This document shows, piece after piece, positions 1 to 9,448 of a stretch of DNA of 22,865 bases. The translations under genes were made by a program, and so were the position numbers. This DNA comes from Ginkgo biloba (taxonomy: Eukaryota > Plantae > Ginkgophyta): NCBI GenBank assembly GCA_024626585.2, contig JANKJI020000002.1, positions 98,887,870 to 98,910,734 of the forward strand, read 5' to 3'. A model generated the notes under the pieces. The model saw only the letters and a list, made by a program, of their open reading frames with translations. It was not told where the DNA came from and did no database searches. Position 1 is the first letter of the stretch; each line of letters begins with the position of its first letter.

Positions 1-439
1 AACAATTCATGCAGCTTTATAAACATTATAAACTGCTTGGAAGCAATACAATTGGTTTATTGTTAGGGCTGGAAACTAATATTGTGAAATTCACTGTGCT
101 GATAACAACATTTTTTGTTCTTATTAGTTGTTTTGTTTTGAAATTGTTCAGTTATCCTTATTCTATGATAACCAACCAAACTGGTTAGCAGTCTCAAAAA
201 CAGTATAACTATAAGTCATGCAAATTTTAAGTGTGAAATCTTTTTAATTGAAAGCTACTTCATACATATGGCAAGGCTTCATCAATCTTGGTTCCAGAAG
301 GTAGTGTAGCAATTATTGGCATCCCTTGTGAGTCTTCATCTTCACAACACAAAAATCCTCAAGTGCTTATAGGGATGACAGAATGGATTTTTCGGGGAGT
401 CTCACTCCAAGGAATTTGTGATAAAGGATTTTAAAAACT

Positions 440-1156
440 AGTCAAGTGTCAAATGTCAATAACTTTTCCTTTCCAATGGCTAATCAAACACATGATTGCT
501 CCTGTTGTAAGTCTTTGACGAGGCATGGTATGAAATTTGGGATAGAAAAACCCTAAAAAAATGTTAAAAGCAATGCAATTGGCAGAGAATGTAACAAATT
601 ACATTCCAAACACCTCTAGCTAAGAAATTGGCTTTGACACTAAGTGTAACAAATGACCGATTGGCCACTACATTAAACAACAATATCAACATTTTTTCTC
701 TACTTGGAGGCCATCCCAAGCTTGCCTCGAGCTGTGGTGGACATTAGTACATTTGTTAGATGAGGCAAGAAACTAGTTGAAGGTGAGGAAGCAAGGGGGA
801 GTTCTAGTGGTTTCCATGTGCAAGACAATTGATGGTTGCGCACCTTTATAGGAAGGAGAAAGGAGGTGTTTTTCAAAAACAGCCTGGGAGTACATCACAT
901 TGAATCGATATAGAGTTTTTTTTTTGCTCATGTTCAATTTATGCTCCAAAAGTAATGCTTTCCTCTTAAATGGTGGCATCTAGGGTTTCCAATCCCTTAT
1001 ATGCCTATGTTCATACAAGTAGGGTTGCAAGACTATTGGGTGATAATGAAGCCATCCAAAACATGTGCATAAACAAAATTCTCGAGATCTTGTTTGTCTC
1101 TTAAGTAAGAGATGGCAGACATATAGGCCAAAGAGCAAGTAGCCTTGTGTTCGGGT
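440..1156 (-). pseudogene. Possible decayed L1-type LINE ORF2 C-terminus (zf-RVT-like region)
   Basis: Manual minus-strand translation across frameshifts gives, in order, LSCTWKPLELP...RGKLGMASK, KC*YCC...GHLLH, LARGVWNVIC and ISHWKGKVIDI. This resembles the plant LINE pattern W..IW...LG..C..C...HL..C..A..VW...IWK.RN. Many stops; boundaries approximate. Confidence 0.35.
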
Positions 1157-1537
1157 NNNNNNNNNNNNNNNNNNNNNNNNNNNNNNNNNNNNNNNNNNNN
1201 NNNNNNNNNNNNNNNNNNNNNNNNNNNNNNNNNNNNNNNNNNNNNNNNNNNNNNNNNNNNNNNNNNNNNNNNNNNNNNNNNNNNNNNNNNNNNNNNNNNN
1301 NNNNNNNNNNNNNNNNNNNNNNNNNNNNNNNNNNNNNNNNNNNNNNNNNNNNNNNNNNNNNNNNNNNNNNNNNNNNNNNNNNNNNNNNNNNNNNNNNNNN
1401 NNNNNNNNNNNNNNNNNNNNNNNNNNNNNNNNNNNNNNNNNNNNNNNNNNNNNNNNNNNNNNNNNNNNNNNNNNNNNNNNNNNNNNNNNNNNNNNNNNNN
1501 NNNNNNNNNNNNNNNNNNNNNNNNNNNNNNNNNNNNA

Positions 1538-2550
1538 TTTACGGATGGTACAGGGATTTTATCTTCCACCCCTAAGCAGTAACAAAGAAATCTTAACAAT
1601 CTAGCAACTTTTTGTGATCCTAGAAATCTAGAGTTGAACTTCGGCAAGGCCAATGCCCTAGTCTCCAACATAACTTGGGATATTATATTTGAACCCCACT
1701 TTACTTCAAAGGCCAATTGGTGTACATGGTTAATGCACCTATTTGATGGTATAGTTCACAAATCCTTTTAATATACTTCCAAAAATCCAACTCTGCTTGT
1801 GCAAAGGTTATCGCTCCCTATTAGGGATCAAATCTAAAGGGTAGTCCTCTTTACATAAGGGCTCTTTCTAACATGAAATTGTCGAATGCAATCCTAGGAG
1901 TAATCTTTCCCTTTAAATTGCTACTAGAATTCAATTCTTCTTTTCATATGAAGGACAAAAAATTTGAAACCCTTCTATGACAAATAGAATACCCTTTTAA
2001 GAGCACTATCATCTTCAAATTTGATTCCTAACTTTTAGAGAGGCAACATTTCCATTTCAATCTATTGTAAGACCTATTGTGATGTGCGAATTAAAATTGG
2101 AACCTATCCTTCCCTAGACTAAGAGGGTTTAATTTGAGATAGTCTAGACTATTATGTTACATCAAATACTATGTTGTAAGCAGTCAATTCCTTAGCATAT
2201 TGTTCAAGCAAAATTTAATACACAATATTGCACCAACTTTCAAATCAGCTCTTATCTTTATAGAGTCTAATGCATGGAAGATCAACCCTAAGGAGGANNN
2301 NNNNNNNCTTAGTTAGTCCTATACTTGTTTCAAAGGTTGGACACATTGAGCCAAGATAGATAAAGAGGCTAGGATGTTATGTAGAGTTCTCTTCACTGAT
2401 CCAGACTATTAGGATATCCATTGAACATCTACTCGCACCAAAACCTTCCTTGATGCTCCTCATCTCCATATTTCTAAAAGGGAGATTAATAAGGTTATCC
2501 AAGAGGAGATTTAGAAGCATACATACTAATCAATTGGTGCAACAACCTAC
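1538..2550 (+). pseudogene. Decayed non-LTR retrotransposon (RTE-like LINE) reverse transcriptase, from the YADD-like motif through the C-terminal region
   Basis: Collinear motifs across stops and frameshifts: FTDGTGILSSTPKQ*QRNLNNLATFCDPRNLELNFGKANALVSN (cf. F/YADD..L.S.....LQ..LD.L..FC....L.VN..KTKVM.FN); YLMV*F...KGYRSL|LLERQ; FQSIVRPIVMCELKLEPIL (cf. FDSLVRP.VLYG.E.WGP.L); MLHQILCCKQSIP*HIVQAKF; FLDAPHLHISKREINKVIQEEI. Confidence 0.8.
1824..2028. mobile_element. 205-bp MITE (Tourist/PIF-Harbinger-like) inserted in the LINE RT
   Basis: Left end GGGATCAAATCTAAAG vs reverse complement of right end GGAATCAAATTTGAAG (13/16, all transitions), then TAGT(C/G)CTCTT after a 2-nt indel. Flanked by TTA (1821-1823) and TAA (2029-2031). 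Removing the element plus one flank triplet rejoins KGYRSL-x-LLERQ in frame. Confidence 0.75.
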
Positions 2551-2624
2551 TTCCTTATAAACAACAACAACAAATAACATATATAAGTTAAGAGTGAAAA
2601 CATCTACCACTTCAACTAACAAAT

Positions 2625-2815
2625 ATTTATTTATGTTAACATTAACATGGCAGTGGTTAGTATGTTAGTCGTTAGTAGGGAAGATCTGTTAGGGAAGGTT
2701 TTTGCAATATGTGCTCCAACACTAATGGTTGGCCATGGGGGATAGCCTATGGAGATCTCCTATGTGAACAACGAAACCTTCGACGCATAAATGCAACCGT
2801 TAGCCCCTAATGGCT
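2625..2815 (+). repeat. Dispersed repeat, copy 1 (diverged copy 2 at about 19245-19445)
   Basis: Shared ordered blocks ATGTTAAC, ATGG(C/T)AGT(G/T)GTTA, GTTAGTAG..GGAA..TGTTAG, GCCATGG, CAACGAAACCT and GCATAAATG. Confidence 0.7.
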
Positions 2816-2951
2816 ATTACCAATCTGCTAGAGTCCATTCCTCAATCCGCACGCTAGGAGAGGATGCTAGGCCTTCGGCATCATGGATTCAATATCCCCA
2901 TTTAGGAAAATCATCCAACCTCCTTCCTAATAGTATGGGTTTGGTTCAAAA

Positions 2952-3032
2952 CCTAGGGTTACACCAATAACCCTAGACCCTAGGACTACACCATTAACCC
3001 TAGGTCCTAAGACTAAACCAATAGCCTTAGAT
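2952..3032 (+). repeat. Tandem repeat, 3 x 27 bp
   Basis: CCTAGGGTTACACCAATAACCCTAGAC / CCTAGGACTACACCATTAACCCTAGGT / CCTAAGACTAAACCAATAGCCTTAGAT. Confidence 0.85.
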
Positions 3033-3523
3033 CCAAACCTCTACCGATTTCATGCCTGCACCAACAATCCATGAATGTATGGCTTCACCAACAGACCATA
3101 CCCTAGTGGTTGCGCTAGGAACCACTAACCCTATAATTACACCAATAACTATAGTTGGTAGAATGAGCTAGGAATACACCCGGCCCATGGCCACTATCAG
3201 GAAAAAACCCAAACACATCTATGAATGGGTCCAAAAATGCCTCCAAAAGAGGCGCCCTACTCTAGGGCATAAATTTGGTCCCCCCAGTAGGCTCAACATG
3301 GCNNNNNNNNNNNNNNNNNNNNNNNNNNNNNNNNNNNNNNNNNNNNNNNNNNNNNNNNNNNNNNNNNNNNNNNNNNNNNNNNNNNNNNNNNNNNNNNNNN
3401 NNAATTATTGGACTTTCACCCATTTACTTAGAGAGAGATAGCACTTTACTTCATGATCATGACTTGGCTATAAAGAGCATTATCTGATAGGCCATGGGTG
3501 CTTGAGGATAGTCAATCTGGATC

Positions 3524-3783
3524 ATCATTCTTGTCTATCCTCTTTAGCTCATCTAATATTACAACTTCATTTGTAACTTGGGATTTCATCTCTTCTCTCA
3601 TACATTAGACATTTCTCATTTTTTCAATGCCTTATAGACTCCCCCATACTATCATTTTGTCTATCCTCTTTAGCTCATCTAATCTTACAGCTTCATTTGT
3701 AACTTGGGATCTCATCTCTTCTCGCATACATTAGACATTTCTCATTTTTTCAATGCCTTATACACTCCTCCATACTATCATTT
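3524..3783. repeat. Near-identical tandem duplication, 2 x 126-127 bp
   Basis: Unit ATCATT(C)TTGTCTATCCTCTTTAGCTCATCTAAT...CCATACT starts at 3524 and 3651, with a third ATCATTT start at 3777. Only a handful of substitutions and one 1-nt indel. Confidence 0.95.
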
Positions 3784-4059
3784 CACATGTGCTTTCAATC
3801 CCAATAACTAATTTTGGTCATCCAAGGACATTAACATAATTTCTTTCTTTCTTTCTCAACCTCCCTTTAACAATGTCTTATTTGAGTTTGTTATAGAATT
3901 TGGCTTAGGATTTGCACGGTGAGTGGCATCTACTTTCAGATGCTATGAATTAGGATACTGTGACATGCATACCCTTGAGAACCCTCGTTACCTTCTTTCT
4001 TTTTTGAAAAACCAAATTATTATAAATGTAAATTAGATATTTGTAATCGTACGCCAAAG

Positions 4060-4560
4060 TGACAGTGGTTTATAATATGAAAAAAGAGTAAGTATACAAA
4101 CTCTTACCTGGTGCAATGCTTCTACTACTATAAATTTGTACATCCTTTTGACATTTTTTTTTTTTTTTTNNNNNNNNNNNNNNNNNNNNNNNNNNNNNNN
4201 NNNNNNACCCATGGAATATGGAGAGCAAGCATTTCCAACCAAATTGATTGGTACATGCTTTCATAAACTGTGAAGGAGGACTTTATAGCATGCATACCTT
4301 CATTAGTATTTTTGGAAAAAACTCATTATTGTATTAAAGGGAAGTTTGACATTACAATGAGATGCCTGACCAATAGTGCTTTGTCATATGAAAAATGGCT
4401 TCATATATAAACTCTTACCATATACAATGCTTCTACAACTTCTACAATTTCTATGACTTTTTCAAAAGCCTCTTAGAAAAGATGTTATCAATTAGATATG
4501 ATGGTCTAATTGTACCCATAGAATATGGAGACTAAGCCCTTCCCATCAAATCAATGCAAA
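4060..4560. repeat. Old diverged direct duplication, period about 310 bp
   Basis: AAACTCTTACC...CAATGCTTCTAC at 4098 and 4409; ACCCAT(G/A)GAATATGGAGA at 4207 and 4514. Confidence 0.75.
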
Positions 4561-7159
4561 GCATTATAGGACCCTTGGTTTGTATGCATATTTTGAACTA
4601 ATAAATGGCATCTTCCACTCAAAGCTTCGTACCCATTATGTAGGGAAATTATACCCTTTGAAACAAGTGGTTGTGGGCCCCAAATGGATGTTAGATAAAA
4701 CGTTATGATCTTCTAGAGGTCAAGCAATTTTGAGGGGAATCAATCAAGTAGGTAGCATGTGTTAGTCAAGGGGACATTCAAGTGTCGACCCTTGAGAAAG
4801 TGACTCAAGGAAGAGATTGACTCAAGGAAGCAATGTCTATCAACCAAAAAGAGACCCAATTTGGGTATAAAATGCATTTTTCTTAGTCATTTGATCCATA
4901 GTTGCATTGGTTTTGTGAAACACCAAAGTTTCACTAAAGCAAAAACGTGTGAAATGTATTTCACAAAAAATCATGAAACGCCCATGCAACATATAAGTTT
5001 AAATCTAGAAAATAAGTGTGGCCTATACTTATTAGACTTTTTACTGCAAATTGAATTTTTGTCCTAATGTTCAATAAATTATCAATTTCAAAATTGAATT
5101 TTTAATGACATAGCAAATTTTGAACTTTAGATTTGAAAAGCAATTAATTTCAAAGTATAACTAAGAGCGAAACATTTTGAAGAGAGAAACATTTAACTAC
5201 GAATAAAACATTGTAAAACAAGAAACAAAAATGCAACAAAATGGTTTTGATGCAACTATAATTTAATCACCAATCATCATCAAGTGTCTTCTCTCTTCTC
5301 ATGAATTGTGCCTTTGGACACGACTTTGACTTCACTTCTAATTCTTTGTCGTATTGGATTCAACCTTGCTAAATATGCTTTCCAAACTAAAGAGGATTCA
5401 CATCNNNNNNNNNNNNNNNNNNNNNNNNNNNNNNNNNNNNNNNNNNNNNNNNNNNNNNNNNNNNNNNNNNNNNNNNNNNNNNNNNNNNNNNNNNNNNNNN
5501 NNNNTAAAAATTGGACAAGGAATCCCTATAAGAAGTTGTGTAATCATATTGGAAGGATGGGGAGATGATTATTGAGTAAAGGATATTGAAGGTGTATGAG
5601 GAGACATATAACCCTTTTCCATAGACTCAATTATAGGTTAATATTATTCAAATGGAGTTTCAAAACCAAATTTATTAATTTGAATAATTATTCTAAGTGA
5701 TAAACCCTTGAGACATATAGATAATATAGTACAATGATGTAAAGGTATAAATTAGATTCTTANNNNNNNNNNNNNNNNNNNNNNNTGTGAGTTATTATGA
5801 CCAATAAGGAAAGTATTTTGAGCTATGTATCAAAAGGACAATCTAGGGAAAAATATAAATCAATCACAAAATAATAAGAAATATAAATCCAAAAAATCAG
5901 ATAATATGTATGTGAAGAAGGGCCTTATTATAATTTATTATTATTGTTTAAGTGATATGCTAATGTTCATTTTAGAATTGTAATGGTTTTTAGAATAATA
6001 AATGCTAGGGTTTCACCATGGGTTGGTGTCTAAGACTATGAAAATAAACATGCTTATTATGATGAATGTTTGCATGATTGTGATTATTGTTTCTAAGCAT
6101 GTGAAGGGCAAATGTTGCCTTTAGATATGTTAATCTTGGGTGGATCAAGTAACCTAAAAAACTCCTTAGAAAACCATCTAGAAACCCCACGACAAGCCCT
6201 AATCTATAAAACATGAAATGGCATAAGGCTAGATAATGAGATGTGGGATCAAGGGTATTGAGATTTTGTACCTAAAATAGTAAAATATAAATATACTTAT
6301 TGAATGATTTTACGAGGATGGGCTATTGATGCTATAAGCAATGGGCTGGTGGATTACCTTAGAGTTAGCATGCAATGGGATGCAAAACATTACTTTTTGA
6401 CATGTATTTATCACACAAGTAAATTGGGATGGTCTGCTATGTCTATAGAGGGTGAACTTCAGTGTATTCTCTTGTGAGGCATCCATGGCTAGCTTGAAAT
6501 ACATTTTGTAAATGGTTGTCCTATTGTGGAAAATACTGAAATCCTTGAATGCCTATCATGTTGAATTTTACTTGCACTTGAAAGAATGGTTGTTCTATCA
6601 TTAACAAATGGTGATTAGCTTTGATGGCTATCGTGTTGATGTTAATTTGCACTTAAAAAGACATCTAGGACCTACCTTAATTCTCTTGTGTATCTGCACT
6701 ATTAGTTTCTACTCCACCTTGGCGAGAGATCGCCATAAGAGGTGAAGTACAATATAAAACAAGGATGAATGTTGGATAGTGAGGACAATACGAAATAGGA
6801 TTAGTGTAATTTTGAGGTTTGATTGGCAACCCTATACACAAGCCCAAAGATTGTTCACGTGACGAACAAAGTAAATGTTGTACCCATTGAATGCCATGAA
6901 TCCTAGTCTCTAGAAGAGCAACTTCTAGATCCTAAAATGCTAAGCCACCAAGGTCAATCAATGTGTGTTTGTAATAAGCCTAATTACACATTTGATAGGT
7001 CAGTGATTTATTATAACCCTTGACTAACTATTATCAAATGATTTAACTAATAAGTCATTAAAGGGTGTGGTTAACTTGTTCAACCTAAAAATCAAACATA
7101 AGCAATATCAACTAAAATGTGCACCTCTTGGGATCCTTCCTCCCATACATATTGACAAT

Positions 7160-7548
7160 CTAAAGGGAAAGGAGGAAAAGAGGAGGGAGAAAGAGTCCAG
7201 TATGCCGAGAGGCTTCCGAATTGCAAAGCGAGCCAAAGTTCAGTGAGATTAAGTTAAAGTCCGGAGAGAGAGACAGAGTCCCGAGCTCATTGTAGCCGGT
7301 GCAACCAAAAGGAGCATGTGAAAGCTCGAGTGCTGATTGAGGAATCACGGACGCAGAGTCCGAATGGTCTTATAGGCCATAAGATAATTGTATCGCCCTA
7401 AGTGACTGTAATTAGGTCGTGGGCCAAGTGTAATTGCCAGGAAGAGCCAGTGGTTGGTCGTGGTTGTAAGGGCTATTGCCCAAGGGATTTTAACATTAAT
7501 ACATCCTGGAGTTTTATTCCTCGAGAGGGTTTCTCCAGTTGAAAACCC
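7160..7548 (+). mobile_element. CpG-retaining segment, probable young LTR fragment truncated by a gap
   Basis: About 14 CpGs in 7200-7530 against a depleted background. No recognisable protein. Ends in the hairpin CTGGAG(7506-7511)...CCTCGAGAGG...CTCCAG(7533-7538), like GGGTTT.CCAG motifs I associate with plant LTRs. Termini not identified. Confidence 0.35.
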
Positions 7549-7816
7549 NNNNNNNNNNNNNNNNNNNNNNNNNNNNNNNNNNNNNNNNNNNNNNNNNNNN
7601 NNNNNNNNNNNNNNNNNNNNNNNNNNNNNNNNNNNNNNNNNNNNNNNNATAACTTGTCTTAAGTGATCAATCTTTAATATCAAAGTGTTATTCACCTATA
7701 TTTTTTTCTTCATTTTTCGTAGTCTCTTAGTAATTCCTTTGAATTAATTAAAGAAATGAAAAATCTTTATATGTATTTAATGTTGCATAATGGTTTACTC
7801 TTTTGGAGTTCGACCA

Positions 7817-8305
7817 TTTTTTTTTTAAAGATGAAATGTATGTATAATAATAGTTACAAAATCAACATGTTACAATAGGCATATAAGTTATAATTCCATC
7901 TCCTAAATTCCTATGGCTGCTTGTCTATCTAACCATTATTAACTTACGATCAAACTATTCTCCTTCCTTAATTTTGAATTTATAAAATTGGCTAAGAGAC
8001 TTACATATATATACAAAAATATTAAAGGCAAAGACTACCCTCTATGATGTAAAATGACCAATTGAGTGATCATCCATTTCTTAATTAAATAGCTTTAAGG
8101 GGGAAATAAATGGCTTCCTTGGCCAAGGTGTCACCGTATGCATTCTTGTCCTTAAAAATATGCTTGATTTCTAAAGTTCTAAATGCATCAGTCAATTGTT
8201 GCCCCTCAACTTGTTGGTTGAGGTAAGGCCCATTGGTTGGGGGAAAACAATCAATGGGACTCTTCATCCCATTGGTCTAATTGAGATTCACTAATTTTAA
8301 AAAAA
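7817..8305 (-). pseudogene. 3' end of an L1-type LINE: RNase H-like (RVT_3-like) C-terminus, 3' UTR and poly(A)
   Basis: ORF 8085-8267 contains LTDAFRTLEIKHIFKDKNAYGDTLAKEAI (cf. F..I.I.HI.RE.N..AD.LAKEA), preceded in frame by KLVNLN*TNG (cf. DSKLVINW.NG). About 260 bp downstream lies A10 on the minus strand (T10 at 7817-7826). Confidence 0.65.
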
Positions 8306-9428
8306 AAATTGGTTAAGGCAAACACTAGTATTTATCTGATGGGTCTGATAATGATGCCATTCAATTGTAAGGTCACTGCTATTAACACCACCAAATATTT
8401 TAGATAAGTGTTTTTTCTACTTGCAATATTCTTGTGTCTTGTTATTATGGATATAATTATATATTTGTGATGAAATATGTGAGTTGCTATGTAAACAATA
8501 AATGAAACTATGACTAAAAATATGACAATTTAGAGTTGGTATACAAGGTGAGACTCATTGATCAGTGGAAAACCCATTCTTTGGGGCAAACTCCTATTTT
8601 TTTTTTTTTTTTTTAGAAANNNNNNNNNNNNNNNNNTCCATTGATCGTAGGGTTCTTACAATTTTTTTGGCATTATGCCAAGACATTTCCCTTACAATGA
8701 TATATAGTCTATTGATCATATGGTTCTTACAAAATTCCTCACTTTTAGGTCATTAGTGTCAAGAAGCTTATTCTCATCAAATCCATTCCTCATCCTCTTG
8801 GCTTTGGCTTCATGGTGACCTCTTTAGCGTCCCTTAGTGGTTCATTAGAAAACAACTATAATGGTTTTGGTTATATCTTGCATTATTTGTGTTTTATGAA
8901 GAAAGGACCCTAAATGTCAAGTTATTAATCAATTTGTTTGGTCCAACTCTTGTGAATTGTCTTCATGTATTTGTCATTGCCCAATGAAGCCAAGTAAGTC
9001 TTAACTTGAAAAGGCCAAACGAACATCATTTTAATAGTGAAGCCAACATTTGTGTATAGTAGGTTTTGGTGAAATCATCAAACAAGGTGATAAGGAGAGA
9101 CAAAAATGGGAAAAGAAGGGCCCTAGGGTTTAGCCAGTGTAGGGCACCTGCAATAAGACACCAGCATATGTCTATCAACCACCACAGAACTGTTCATGGG
9201 ATTAGGGCATCGGCAATGACAAGTCCAACACTTTTGTGGGATGTTGTTGATGAGTACGATGTGTACCTAAGAGTGTAATTATAAGTGTGGATACCTTTAT
9301 GTACTNNNNNNNNNNNNNNNNNNNNNNNNNNNNNNNNNNNNNNNNNNNNNNNNNNNNNNNNNNNNNNNNNNNNNNNNNNNNNNNNNNNNNNNNNNNNNNN
9401 NNNNNCTCCCAAAAGACCGGAGGTAAAA

Positions 9429-9446
9429 GTCCCAGCAAAGGAACCA
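9429..9446 (-). promoter_or_regulatory. Primer-binding site, tRNA-Glu-like
   Basis: Minus strand reads ...AGTCAACA-TT-TGGTTCCTTTGCTGGGAC. This is 15/18 identical to the complement of the plant tRNA-Glu 3' end as I recall it (TGGTTCCGTTGCCGGGAA), and lies 2 nt from the LTR terminal CA. Confidence 0.6.
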
Positions 9447-9448
9447 AA

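Noticed and set aside
1033-1716. Long ORFs in the track spanning N runs (also 10477-11058 and others containing X)
   Set aside because: Their length is an artefact of Ns hiding stop codons; they are not evidence of genes.
4898-5259. 10-bp inverted repeat ATAGTTGCAT/ATGCAACTAT as MITE termini
   Set aside because: It does not extend beyond 10 bp and is plausible by chance in AT-rich DNA.
8637-9070. Possible gypsy integrase C-terminal remnant on the minus strand (HHEAKAKRMRNGFDENK...LKVRNFV)
   Set aside because: No recognisable GPY/F or catalytic-core motif; the resemblance is too weak.
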